From NCBI GenBank assembly GCA_965204725.1, contig OZ242005.1, positions 4,832,001 through 4,896,000 of the forward strand: a DNA stretch of 64,000 bases. Reading direction: 5' to 3'. The position numbers and the translations under genes are program-made. The stretch is from Candidatus Latescibacterota bacterium. GTDB lineage: Bacteria; Latescibacterota; UBA2968; UBA8231. This document shows, in pieces, positions 28,893-38,793 of this stretch; positions within the stretch are counted from its first letter, which is position 1, and every line of letters starts with the position of its first letter. Under the pieces are notes generated by a model. That model had not been told where the DNA came from. It worked only from the letters and a program-made list of their open reading frames with translations, and searched no databases.

Positions 28893-31800
28893 GTGAACCA
28901 AAGATCTATCTTCTCAACATATCTGAACGACCTGACCGCCGTCGTCCGGCAGGGCGACGCACGGGAGGAGAGCTTCTACCCGGCACTGGCGGATATGCTC
29001 AGGGAAACGGCTCGCGCCACCGGGCGGACACACGTACACGTCACCACACTGCCCAAGCCCACTGAGGGCGGCAACCCGGACTTCCGGTTGTGGAATGGGA
29101 CGGATCGCATCGTGGGCTATGTCGAGGCCAAGAAGCCGACGGAGGAGCGGTTGGATCTCGTCGAGAACTCCGAACAACTCAAACGCTACCGTTCAACGTT
29201 TCCCAATCTCATCCTCACCAACTTTCTCGAGTTCCGCCTGTATCGCGATGGCGAGCGCGTGGACGCGGTCAGCGTTGGTCGGCCTTCGGTGCTCAACGCG
29301 CTGGGCACAACGCCGCCGCTGGAAAATCAAGCCGAACTCGCCGCTCTTCTCGACCGCTTTCTCGACTTTGCGCTGCCCTCGATGTTCACCGCCGAATCCT
29401 TCGCCGTTGAACTGGCAAAACGCACACGCCTGCTCCGCGATGTGATCGGCGAGCAGTTTGAGCAGGAACGCAACGCGCCCAAGATGCTCTCCGGTTTCTT
29501 CGAGGCGTTTCAGACTTATCTCATCGGGTCGCTGACAACGGACGATTTCGCCGATCTGTTCGCGCAGACGATAGCCTACGGCCTGTTTGCCGCTCGCACT
29601 CGGGCTGGGGATGGATTCAACCGCCGCGTTGCGTTCGACAATATCCCACACACCATCGGCGTCTTGCGCGACCTGTTCCGCTACATCTCGCTCGACGAAT
29701 TGCCCGCCCCACTCGCTTGGTGTGTGGATGACCTCGCCGAGGTGCTATCCGTGGCCGACGCGCCGGGCATTCTGGACAGCTACTACCGCGAGGGCAAGGG
29801 CGGCGATCCCATCGTGCATTTTTACGAGACGTTCTTGGCGCAATACGATCCCGACGAGCGCGAGCGGCGAGGGGTTTATTACACGCCCGAACCGGTCGTT
29901 GGGTACATCGTCCGTTCCCTAAATGGCCTGCTCAAAACCGAATTTGACAAACGCGACGGCCTCGCTTCGGATGGCGTTATGTTGCTCGATCCAGCAGCCG
30001 GGACGATGACCTTTGTCGCCCGTGCGGCGCAACAGGCGGTTGCCGAGTTTGAGGAGAAATACGGCAGTGGCGGCCGGGCGGACTTCATCCGTCGGCACAT
30101 CCTTGAGAATTTCTACGCGCTGGAGTTGATGATGGCTCCTTACGCGGTCGGCCATCTCAAGATGAGCTTCTTCTTAGAGGAACTCGGGCACCGCCTCGCC
30201 GATGACGAGCGGGTGCCCTTTTATCTCACAAATACGCTCGACATGGAGGAACTAGAGGAAAGCCGGTTGCCCGGCCTGTCCGCACTGGCCGAGGAGTCCC
30301 GTTTGGCTGGCGCGGTTAAGAAACAGACGCCGATCTTGGTCATCTTGGGCAATCCGCCCTATTCGGGGCATTCGAGCAACACAGGCGATTGGATTACGGA
30401 GTTAATCAACGATTACAAGCAGGTGGATGGAGAGCCGTTGGGAGAGAGAAATCTGAAATGGTTGCAAGATGACTATGTCAAGTTCCTACGTTTTGCCCAG
30501 TGGAAAGTAGAACAAGCCGGTCGCGGCGTCGTGGGGATGATCACCAACCACAGTTATCTCGATAACCCGACGTTTCGCGGGATGCGACAGAGTCTGATGC
30601 AGACTTTCGATGACATTTACATCCTCGACTTGCACGGCAATTCGCTGAAAAAGGAAACCAGTCCAGATGGTAGCCCTGATCAAAATGTCTTTGACATCCG
30701 GCAAGGCGTGGCCATCGCCTTTTTCGTCAAGCGCGGCGAAGGTCGAGAATCGGAAGCCGTCGTCCAGCACGCCGAATGTTACGGAATGCGGGAGAGCAAG
30801 TATGAACGGCTCGACGCCCATGACCTCGGTAGCACCAAATGGCAACAAATAAATCCAGCATCGCCGTTCTATCTGTTCGTGCCCCGCGACGCCGCGCTTG
30901 AAGCCGAGTATCGTCGGTTCCTTTCTATTCCCGAAGTATTTTCTATCTCCGAAGTATTTCCGATCAACAGCGTCGGCGTTGTAACCGCCCGCGACCGTCT
31001 GACAATCCATTGGTCTGAGCAAGAGACATGGGATACGGTGCGGGCTTTTTTAGAGATGGACCCGGAACTAGCTCGGCAGGGATATAAACTCGGCGACGAT
31101 ACGCAAGAGTGGAAAGTGACGATGGCGCAAAAGGACTTGCGGGATTCCGGCCCGAAACGTGAGAATGTGATTCCGCTCCTGTATCGGCCCTTTGACGTGC
31201 GCCATACCTATTACACCGGCCACTCGCGGGGATTCATCTGTAGGCCCCGTTCCGAAGTCATGCGGCACATGTTGGCTGGGGGGAATCTGGCGTTGTGTGT
31301 TGGGCGTCAAGGGCAGGTTATCGGCGCGGGCGAGTGGAATTTGGTCTATTGCTCGCAGAACATAGGGGATCTTAACTTGTTCTACCGCGGCGGAAACGTG
31401 AACTTCCCTCTCTACCTCTATCCCACCGCTGACCGCGACGACCTTTTCGCGCAACACGAATCGTCCGAGCGTCAGCCGAATCTGAGTCCCAAACTGGTTG
31501 AGATGCTTGAGGAAGCACATGGTCAAGCGCCCTCGCCCGAAGCGATCTTTTACTACACATATTCAGTCTTGCACGCGCCTGCGTACCGCGAGAAATACGC
31601 CGAATTTCTGCGGATCGATTTCCCCCGCATCCCGTTCACAAAGGACAGCGCGTTGTTCGCCAAACTCGCCGAACTCGGTGAGCGATTGGTCGGCCTACAC
31701 CTGCTCACGTCGCCCGAACTCGACCCACCGGCCTGTCGCTTTGACGGCGAAGGCGACGCGGTTGTCGCACGGACGAAGGCGCAGGGCTTTCGCTATGACG

Positions 31801-32084
31801 CCGATGAGCAACGCATGTACGTCAACAAGACGCAGTACTTCGGCCCCGTCCCCCCAGCGGTTTACGCCTACCCCATCGGCGGCTACCAAGTCTGCAACAA
31901 ATGGTTGAAAGATCGCAAAGATCGCCGCCTCACCCTCGACGACATCCGCACCTACTGCCGGATGGTAACAGCCATCGGGCTGACGCTCGATATTCAGCAA
32001 GAACTTGACGTGGTATATGGCGGTGTGGAGAATAGCTGTGTGTCGGTTGGGGCCGAAACAATCACCGAAAGGGGCTTGACATGA
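28893..32084 (+). CDS. Type IIG-like restriction-modification enzyme (PD-(D/E)XK nuclease, N6-adenine MTase, type ISP-like specificity domain)
   Basis: PDFRL...VGYVEAK nuclease motif, RGVYYTPEPVV, LLDPAAGT (motif I), GNPPY (motif IV), IDFPRIPF. GTG start at 28893 after GGAGGATAGAGGA. Confidence 0.88.
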   Translation: MNQRSIFSTYLNDLTAVVRQGDAREESFYPALADMLRETARATGRTHVHVTTLPKPTEGGNPDFRLWNGTDRIVGYVEAKKPTEERLDLVENSEQLKRYRSTFPNLILTNFLEFRLYRDGERVDAVSVGRPSVLNALGTTPPLENQAELAALLDRFLDFALPSMFTAESFAVELAKRTRLLRDVIGEQFEQERNAPKMLSGFFEAFQTYLIGSLTTDDFADLFAQTIAYGLFAARTRAGDGFNRRVAFDNIPHTIGVLRDLFRYISLDELPAPLAWCVDDLAEVLSVADAPGILDSYYREGKGGDPIVHFYETFLAQYDPDERERRGVYYTPEPVVGYIVRSLNGLLKTEFDKRDGLASDGVMLLDPAAGTMTFVARAAQQAVAEFEEKYGSGGRADFIRRHILENFYALELMMAPYAVGHLKMSFFLEELGHRLADDERVPFYLTNTLDMEELEESRLPGLSALAEESRLAGAVKKQTPILVILGNPPYSGHSSNTGDWITELINDYKQVDGEPLGERNLKWLQDDYVKFLRFAQWKVEQAGRGVVGMITNHSYLDNPTFRGMRQSLMQTFDDIYILDLHGNSLKKETSPDGSPDQNVFDIRQGVAIAFFVKRGEGRESEAVVQHAECYGMRESKYERLDAHDLGSTKWQQINPASPFYLFVPRDAALEAEYRRFLSIPEVFSISEVFPINSVGVVTARDRLTIHWSEQETWDTVRAFLEMDPELARQGYKLGDDTQEWKVTMAQKDLRDSGPKRENVIPLLYRPFDVRHTYYTGHSRGFICRPRSEVMRHMLAGGNLALCVGRQGQVIGAGEWNLVYCSQNIGDLNLFYRGGNVNFPLYLYPTADRDDLFAQHESSERQPNLSPKLVEMLEEAHGQAPSPEAIFYYTYSVLHAPAYREKYAEFLRIDFPRIPFTKDSALFAKLAELGERLVGLHLLTSPELDPPACRFDGEGDAVVARTKAQGFRYDADEQRMYVNKTQYFGPVPPAVYAYPIGGYQVCNKWLKDRKDRRLTLDDIRTYCRMVTAIGLTLDIQQELDVVYGGVENSCVSVGAETITERGLT

Positions 32085-32203
32085 TCACGCAACAGAAGGT
32101 ATGGAACAGCCGGAAATGTTGCGCTGGGACTAGACATGCCATAGAGGAGTCTAAATTTATTTTTACCTTAAACTAACGGCTTTTCTGCTTTCTTTCCCTT
32201 CTC

Positions 32204-33118
32204 ATGCCCTTTCGTCGAGCCTCCGCCCCCACGCCAACCTGCTACCGCGACCGCCGAACCGGGGCGATAGTCGAAGAGCGCGTTCCGGGGGAGTCGCTCC
32301 TCCGCTGGTTCTACGGCACGAGCACGGGGCATCTTGTTTTTCGCGCTGTCCTCAACCGGCCCCTTTGCTCTCGCCTCTATGGCTGGTGGCAGCAAAGCCC
32401 TTGGACCCGGCGTCAAATCCGCCGCTTTGTCGAGCACTACCGCATTGACCTCGACGAAATCGAACATCCTCTCAGCCACTATTCGAGCTTCAACGACTTT
32501 TTCATTCGCCGCCTCAAGCCCGGCGCTAGGCCCTGCGACCCCGACCCCAAGCGCCTGTGTTGCCCAGCCGATGGCAAGGTTCTCGTCTATCCGCAGCTCG
32601 CAGCCGAGGAGGGGTTGCCGGTCAAAAGCAGCCAACTCTCAGCCTGTGCGCTCCTAGCCGCAGCAATCGATCCCACCCCGTATCGCGGCGGTTCCGCCCT
32701 CGTCGTGCGTCTCGCCCCCTACGACTATCACCGCTTCCACTTTCCAGCCGACGGCCAAGTCAGTCAGACGCAGTGGATCGACGGCACTTACCACTCGGTC
32801 AATCCAATCGCCCTCGCCCGCGTACCCGATGTTTTCCACCGCAACCGGCGCTCGGTCTGCGAGCTGGCGACGCCCGCCTTCGGCAGGATTGCCTATATCG
32901 AGGTCGGGGCCATCAACGTCGCCAGCATCGTCCAGACGCATTCGATAGGGCCTTGTGAGCGCGGCCAAGAAAAGGGCTTTTTCCAGTTCGGCGGCTCGAC
33001 CGTGGTGCTGCTTTTTGAGCCGGGGGCGATTGCCTTTGACAGCGACCTAGTGGCCGACTCCGCGGCTGGCCTAGAGGTACACGTCCGCACCGGGGCCGGC
33101 GTCGGGGACCGCGCTTGA
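32204..33118 (+). CDS. psd: Phosphatidylserine decarboxylase
   Basis: SFNDFFIRRLKPGARP, RLAPYDYHRFHFP, self-cleavage motif FQFGGSTVV. Confidence 0.9.
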   Translation: MPFRRASAPTPTCYRDRRTGAIVEERVPGESLLRWFYGTSTGHLVFRAVLNRPLCSRLYGWWQQSPWTRRQIRRFVEHYRIDLDEIEHPLSHYSSFNDFFIRRLKPGARPCDPDPKRLCCPADGKVLVYPQLAAEEGLPVKSSQLSACALLAAAIDPTPYRGGSALVVRLAPYDYHRFHFPADGQVSQTQWIDGTYHSVNPIALARVPDVFHRNRRSVCELATPAFGRIAYIEVGAINVASIVQTHSIGPCERGQEKGFFQFGGSTVVLLFEPGAIAFDSDLVADSAAGLEVHVRTGAGVGDRA

Positions 33119-33180
33119 CCCGCTCCGGGCGCTTAAGCAAATTTCCCGCCCTTCAACCCCTTACCTTCTGGAGGCTACTT

Positions 33181-34161
33181 ATGTCCCTGCAAATGCGCGT
33201 GGGCTTGGGCCAGTTCAACGAACTCACCGACGAGAAACTCGCCTTTATCAAGCAGATGGGCTGCGACGATTTCCTGATGAATACCCCCAAACTCCCCGGC
33301 GATAAGCAGTGGGAATACAGCGACTTGGCCGCCCTCAAAAAGCGGGCTGACGACGCCGAGCTGCGCCTAATGGCACTGGAAAACGTCCCCACATCGTTTT
33401 ACGACAAAATCATGCTCGGCCAAGCCGGGCGCGAAGAACAGCTCCAGTTTATGATCAACACCGTGCGGAATATGGGCCGGGCTGGCATCCCGATCCTCGG
33501 CTACCACTGGATTCCCAACAGCGTCTGGCGCACGCCCGAGCCAGCGACCTTGCGCGGCGGCGCCCGCGCCACTCGCTTTACCCTCGCCGAACACGACCCC
33601 GAGGAACGGACTCACGGCCGCGTCTTCACCCACGAGGAGATGTGGGAAAACTACTGCTGGTATTTGGAGCGCGTCCTGCCCGTCGCCGAGGAAGCCAATG
33701 TGCGCCTAGCCCTGCACCCGGACGACCCACCCACCGGCACGACTCTCGGCGGTATAGCGCGGATATGCAGCTCTTTCGACGACTTCAAGCGCAACATGGA
33801 CACCTTCAACAGCCCGCATCACGGCCTCGACTTCTGCATGGGGTGCTGGTCGGAGATGGGCGGCCACGACAACGTCATCCGCGCCATCCGCTACTTCGGC
33901 GGCCAAAAGAAGATCATCTACATCCACTTTCGCGACGTCATCGGGTCGGTAGAAGACTTCCACGAGACCTTCATCGACTGCGGCCAAGTCGATACCTTTG
34001 AGGTCGTCAAGACGCTCAAGGCAGTCGGTTTCAACGGCTTTATGATCACGGATCACGTGCCTCATGTTGTCGATGACTCGCCTTGGGGGCACCGGGGACG
34101 CGCCCATTGCGTGGGCTTCATGCAGGCCCTCATCCAAGTGGTCAACAAGCTCGGCGCGTGA
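33181..34161 (+). CDS. Mannonate dehydratase-like protein (second UxuA paralog)
   Basis: LALHPDDPP, YIHFRDVIG, FHETFID, DHVP, GRAHCVGFMQAL; ATG at 33181 after GGAGG. Confidence 0.82.
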   Translation: MSLQMRVGLGQFNELTDEKLAFIKQMGCDDFLMNTPKLPGDKQWEYSDLAALKKRADDAELRLMALENVPTSFYDKIMLGQAGREEQLQFMINTVRNMGRAGIPILGYHWIPNSVWRTPEPATLRGGARATRFTLAEHDPEERTHGRVFTHEEMWENYCWYLERVLPVAEEANVRLALHPDDPPTGTTLGGIARICSSFDDFKRNMDTFNSPHHGLDFCMGCWSEMGGHDNVIRAIRYFGGQKKIIYIHFRDVIGSVEDFHETFIDCGQVDTFEVVKTLKAVGFNGFMITDHVPHVVDDSPWGHRGRAHCVGFMQALIQVVNKLGA

Positions 34162-34202
34162 CCCAAATCGCCACGGCGCGACCGCTGTACCCCGCTGCGT
34201 CC

Positions 34203-34250
34203 GGGATCGAGGGCGTCCCGCCCTCGACGAGGGCAAGATGCCCTCGATCC
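34203..34250. repeat. REP-like inverted repeat
   Basis: GGATCGAGGGCGTCCCGCCCTCGACGAGGGCAAGATGCCCTCGATCC: outer GGATCGAGGGC/GCCCTCGATCC arms enclosing two small hairpins; intergenic. Confidence 0.6.
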
Positions 34251-34300
34251 TTGGGAGGCTGGTGTCTGGTGTCGTGTAATAAAAAGCCACCCTTTCACCA

Positions 34301-35218
34301 ATGAACGCCAACCGACCAGCCGGTGCCAGCGGCGATCTCCTGCTCCTGCTCACGGCCTTGATCTGGGGCTTCGCCTTCGTCGCCCAACGCGCCGGCATGG
34401 AGCACGTCGGCCCCTTCTTTTTTAATGGCGTGCGCTTTGCCCTCGGCTGCTTGCCGCTGTTGCCCTTTGTCCTGCGAACCACCACCGCGCCGCTCGCATC
34501 CCGCTTCCGGCGCGCCGTCCCGGGCGGCCTGCTCGCCGGGCTTTTCCTGTTTGTCGCCGCTTCCCTGCAACAGGTCGGCATCGTCTCGACTACGGCCGGC
34601 AAGGCCGGGTTCATCACCGGGCTATACGTAATTCTGGTGCCGATTCTCGCCCTGTTGCTGCGGCATCGCAGCCGCAGCAGCACTTGGACCGGCGCGCTGG
34701 TGGCGACCGCCGGCCTGTACCTGCTGAGCGTGGAGCCGCCACTGGCCATTGCCCGCGGCGACGCGCTCGTGCTCGTCAGCGCGTTCTTTTGGGCCGGGCA
34801 CGTGCTGGTCATCGGCAACCTTTCGCGTCGGCTCGATTGGGCGATGCTGGCCTTTTTGCAGTTCCTCGTCTGCGCGCTCCTCAGCACGGCCCTCGCCCTC
34901 GGCACCGAGCCTATCGCCCTGCAACCGCTTGTCCAAGCGGCCGTACCCGTATTTTACGGGGGCGTCTTGTCGGTGGGGGTGGCCTATACCCTACAGGTAG
35001 TGGCTCAGCGGCGAGCGGCCCCCGGCCACGCAGCCATCATCCTCAGCCTAGAGACGGTTTTCGCCGCGTTGGGAGGGTGGCTTTTGCTGGACGAGGAAAT
35101 GCCCTTGCGCGGGCTGGCCGGGTGTGGGCTGATGTTGGCGGGGATGCTGATCTCGCAGGTGGGATTGGGGCGGCGGGCCAAAACGCAGCGGCTTACCGCG
35201 ACCGACCCGCCCCGGTGA
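34301..35218 (+). CDS. DMT/EamA-family transporter
   Basis: Ten TM helices, LIWGFAFVAQR, TTAGKAGFITGLY, AAIILSLETVFAA. Confidence 0.93.
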   Translation: MNANRPAGASGDLLLLLTALIWGFAFVAQRAGMEHVGPFFFNGVRFALGCLPLLPFVLRTTTAPLASRFRRAVPGGLLAGLFLFVAASLQQVGIVSTTAGKAGFITGLYVILVPILALLLRHRSRSSTWTGALVATAGLYLLSVEPPLAIARGDALVLVSAFFWAGHVLVIGNLSRRLDWAMLAFLQFLVCALLSTALALGTEPIALQPLVQAAVPVFYGGVLSVGVAYTLQVVAQRRAAPGHAAIILSLETVFAALGGWLLLDEEMPLRGLAGCGLMLAGMLISQVGLGRRAKTQRLTATDPPR

Positions 35219-35296
35219 TAGCTTGCTCCCCCAACCCCCTTCTCCTACCTTCCCCAAGCCGTTGCCCCCCTACGCCCCTGTCGAGGGATTACCATC

Positions 35297-36508
35297 ATGG
35301 TCGACCGCCCCAAAATCGCCGCTATCAGCACCATTTTCCACAAATACTCCCACACCCAGCACATCGTCGATCGCTTCTTGGAAGGCTACGGCTGGAACGG
35401 CCGCCACCACCGGCCGGCGATGGACTTGGTCTCGCTCTACGTCGATCAGGTCGACCCCGACCCGGAGGCCGACCGCCCCGACCTGAGCCGCGACCGCCAA
35501 GCGCGCTTTCCGCAGCTAACGATCTATCCGACCGTGGCCGACGCCCTGACGCTGGGCGGCTCAACCCTCGCCGTGGATGGCGTCCTGCTCATCGGCGAGC
35601 ACGGCCGCTACGGCCACAATGAAAAGGGCCAGCACCTCTACCCGCGCTACGAGCTGTTCAAACAAATCGCCTCGGTCTATCGCACGACCGGCAAGAGCGC
35701 GCCCGTGTTCAACGACAAGCATCTTTCTTGGAACTGGGACTGGTGCCAAGCGATGTACGATGTTGCGCAAGAGCTCGATTTCGCCTTTATGGCCGGTTCT
35801 TCGCTGCCCGTTACTTGGCGCACCCCGTCGCTCGACATGCCCCTCGGGGCCGAGGTTGAAGAAGCCGTCTGCGTCTGCTATGGCGGCGTTGATAGCTACG
35901 ACTTCCACGGCTTGGAGACCGTACAGTGCATGGTCGAGCGCAGAAAGGGCGGCGAGACGGGCGTCAACCGGCTCCGGGCCTTTCGCGACGACCACTTCTG
36001 GCAGGCCCACGCCCAAGGGATGTGGTCGCCGGCGCTCTTTGCCGCCTGCCTGTGCCGCAGCCACACGCTCGCGCCAGCGAGGCCCGGGTTCAACAACCCC
36101 TTCCCCACCATCGACGAACTCAAGCACCTAGTCAAAAGCCCGGTCGCCTACCAGTACGAGCACGCCGATGGCCTCCGCTCGACCATGATCTTGATGAACG
36201 GACTCGTCGAAGATTTCAACTTCGCCGCTCGGCTCAATGGACGGGCCGAGCCGCTCTCGACGCAGATGTACTTGCCCATGCCCCCGGCCCGCACCACGCT
36301 GGCCAACTTCTTCAGCCCGCTGGTCAACAACATTGAGCGGATGTTCCTGACCGGCCAAGCCTCCTATCCGGTTGAACGCACCCTGCTCACTTCGGGCTTG
36401 GTCATCGCCGGCGTCGATAGCCTCCACCAAGGCCAAGCCGCAGTCGAGACGCCCCATCTAAACATCGCCTACCAACCCACCGCAGAATCTACCTTCTGGA
36501 GAACGTAG
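35297..36508 (+). CDS. Conserved hypothetical protein (possible Gfo/Idh/MocA-like oxidoreductase), paralog 1
   Basis: Shares VSLYVDQ, LIGEHG.Y..NEKGQ.LYPRYE, FNDKHLS, AGSSLPVTWR, ERTL and ETPHL with the next ORF. Confidence 0.65.
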   Translation: MVDRPKIAAISTIFHKYSHTQHIVDRFLEGYGWNGRHHRPAMDLVSLYVDQVDPDPEADRPDLSRDRQARFPQLTIYPTVADALTLGGSTLAVDGVLLIGEHGRYGHNEKGQHLYPRYELFKQIASVYRTTGKSAPVFNDKHLSWNWDWCQAMYDVAQELDFAFMAGSSLPVTWRTPSLDMPLGAEVEEAVCVCYGGVDSYDFHGLETVQCMVERRKGGETGVNRLRAFRDDHFWQAHAQGMWSPALFAACLCRSHTLAPARPGFNNPFPTIDELKHLVKSPVAYQYEHADGLRSTMILMNGLVEDFNFAARLNGRAEPLSTQMYLPMPPARTTLANFFSPLVNNIERMFLTGQASYPVERTLLTSGLVIAGVDSLHQGQAAVETPHLNIAYQPTAESTFWRT

Positions 36509-36534
36509 CCTCTTTCCTTGGAGCCTTCCCACTC

Positions 36535-37716
36535 ATGGCCACCAAACGCATCGCCGTCATCGCCACCATCTATCGCTATCTCTCGCACGCCCAGCACTTT
36601 GCCGACCGCTTCTTAGTCGGCTATCCCTACGGCGGTCGCTGGCAGCGCCCCGACTGCAAGATCGTCTCGCTCTACGTCGATCAGCAGCCCGAAGGCGACC
36701 AAAGCCAAGACCGGGCGCGCGAGTTCGGCTTTGCCGTGTACCCCACCATTGCCCAAGCCCTGCGCTGCGGCGGCGACGAACTCGCTTGCGACGCCGTCCT
36801 GATCATCGGCGAGCACGGCGAGTACCCCAACAACGAAAAGGGGCAAAAGCTCTACCCGCGCTACGAGTTTTTCAAAGAATGCGTCCAAGTCTTTGAAGAA
36901 GACGGCCGCACCGCGCCCATCTACAACGACAAGCACCTCTCATACAGCTTCGACAAGGCACGCGAGATGGTCGCCGATGGCCACCGGCTCGGCTTCCCAA
37001 TTTTGGCCGGTTCCTCGCTGCCCGTAACTTGGCGTCTGCCCGATGTCGAGTTGCCTTTGGGCTGCCAGATCGAAGAGGCCCTAATGATCGGCTGCGGCGG
37101 CTCCGACCCGATGGACTACCACGCCCTAGAGGCCATGCAGTGCATGATCGAGCGCCGCTCCGGCGGCGAGACCGGGATCCGAGCCGTTCAACTGATCGAA
37201 GGAGACGACGTGTGGAAAGCGGGCGAGGAGGGGCGTTATTCGTTGGAATTGCTCGAAGCCGCCCTCTCGCGCAGCGACACCCCGTGCGGCAAAACCGACG
37301 AGGACGGCCGCACCCAAGACTTGCTGGGCAACGGCGAGTTGCCGCGGCTCGTCAAGGAGCCAGCCGCGTACTTCATCGAGCACAACGACGGCCTCAAGAC
37401 GACCCTGCTGATGCTCAACGGCGCCATCCGCGACTACTGCTTCGCCGGCAAGCTGGCGGGCGAAGACGCGCCCATCTCGACCCAGTTTTTCTTGCCGCCG
37501 ACGCCCAACGTCACCTACTCGGCCTGTCTGGTCGCCAAGATATGGGAAATGATCGAGACCGGCCGCGCACCCTTTCCCGCCGAGCGCACCCTAATCGTCA
37601 GCGGCGCGCTCGAAAGCTGCCTGACCTCCAAGGTGGAGGGGCACAAGCGGCTCGAAACGCCTCATCTCAAGGTAGAGTACCAAGCGCCTGCCGAGTCGCA
37701 TCACGGCCGCTTTTAG
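36535..37716 (+). CDS. Conserved hypothetical protein (possible oxidoreductase), paralog 2
   Basis: Same motifs as 35297-36508; tandem arrangement. Confidence 0.65.
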   Translation: MATKRIAVIATIYRYLSHAQHFADRFLVGYPYGGRWQRPDCKIVSLYVDQQPEGDQSQDRAREFGFAVYPTIAQALRCGGDELACDAVLIIGEHGEYPNNEKGQKLYPRYEFFKECVQVFEEDGRTAPIYNDKHLSYSFDKAREMVADGHRLGFPILAGSSLPVTWRLPDVELPLGCQIEEALMIGCGGSDPMDYHALEAMQCMIERRSGGETGIRAVQLIEGDDVWKAGEEGRYSLELLEAALSRSDTPCGKTDEDGRTQDLLGNGELPRLVKEPAAYFIEHNDGLKTTLLMLNGAIRDYCFAGKLAGEDAPISTQFFLPPTPNVTYSACLVAKIWEMIETGRAPFPAERTLIVSGALESCLTSKVEGHKRLETPHLKVEYQAPAESHHGRF

Positions 37717-37760
37717 TTGGAGCACATACAACGACACACCTGCAAATGAAAGGAAGCATC

Positions 37761-38783
37761 ATGCCTACCATCCCCACGCGCTCTTTGCGCACCGGCGTTG
37801 AGTTGAGCACCCTCGGCTTTGGCGGTGCCCCTTTGGGCGAGCTTTTCGATCCGGTCAGCGAAACCCAAGCCCAAGACACCCTGCAAGCGGCTTGGGACGC
37901 CGGTATCCGCTACTACGACACCGCCCCGTTTTACGGCTATGGCAAAAGCGAGCACCGCCTCGGCCACTTTCTCCGCCAGCAGGAGCGCGGCGACTTCGTG
38001 CTCTCGACCAAGGTCGGCCGAGTGCTCACCGCCACCCGCAATCTCCATTCTTTCGAGCAGGGCTTCTGGATCGGCGGCCTGCCCTTTGACTTCCGCTTCG
38101 ACTACGGGTACGATGGCATCATGCGCTCGTGGGAAGACAGCTTGCAGCGGCTGAGCCTCAACTCCATTGACCTGCTGTTGATCCACGACCTCGACAGCTT
38201 CTTCCACGACAGCGAGCAGCGCTTCTCCGCCCACCTCAACCGCCTGATCACCAGCGGCTGGCGCGCCCTCGACGAGCTGCGCTCCCACGGGCTGATCAAG
38301 GCCGTTGGTGCTGGCCTCAACCGCATGGGGGCCATGCCGCGCCTGCTCGACGGGGTGGACCTCGACTTCTGCATCGTCGCCATGCCCTATACGCTCTTGG
38401 ACCAAGACTCTCTCGACGAGGAGTTTCCCCTCTGCGAGGAGCGCGACGTGCGCATCGTCATCGGCGCGGTTTTCGCTTCCGGCATCCTCGCCTCCGGCCC
38501 GGTCGAGGGTGCTCGCTACGCCTACGACACTGCGTCGCCCGAAATCCTCGCCAAGACTCGCCGCATCCAAGCCGTCTGCCAGCGGCACGATGTCCCCTTG
38601 CCGGCCGCGGCCATGCAGTTCCCGCTCGGGCACCCCCTCGTCGCGGCCATCATCCCCGGTGCCCTCGTCCCGGCGCATGTCGAGACCAATGCCCAGTGGT
38701 TTAAGCACACCATACCAACCGATCTGTGGGCCGAGCTAAAGGCCGAGGGATTGTTGCGGGCAGATGCCCCGACGCCGAACTAA
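37761..38783 (+). CDS. Aldo/keto reductase (D-threo-aldose 1-dehydrogenase-like)
   Basis: LGFGGAPLG, GIRYYDTAPFYGYGKSE, LSTKVGR, IDLLLIHD; ATG at 37761 after AAGGAAG. Confidence 0.9.
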   Translation: MPTIPTRSLRTGVELSTLGFGGAPLGELFDPVSETQAQDTLQAAWDAGIRYYDTAPFYGYGKSEHRLGHFLRQQERGDFVLSTKVGRVLTATRNLHSFEQGFWIGGLPFDFRFDYGYDGIMRSWEDSLQRLSLNSIDLLLIHDLDSFFHDSEQRFSAHLNRLITSGWRALDELRSHGLIKAVGAGLNRMGAMPRLLDGVDLDFCIVAMPYTLLDQDSLDEEFPLCEERDVRIVIGAVFASGILASGPVEGARYAYDTASPEILAKTRRIQAVCQRHDVPLPAAAMQFPLGHPLVAAIIPGALVPAHVETNAQWFKHTIPTDLWAELKAEGLLRADAPTPN

Positions 38784-38793
38784 GAGGTTGAGC

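Noticed and set aside
33706-34905. 399-aa minus-strand ORF and similar antisense ORFs (e.g. 34684-35622, 61459-62364, 63217-63924)
   Set aside because: Shadow frames of well-supported genes in GC-rich DNA, with no recognisable motifs.
37029-37760. 584-aa version of the aldo/keto reductase
   Set aside because: The extension overlaps the 36535-37716 gene in another frame; a good SD and ATG lie at 37761.
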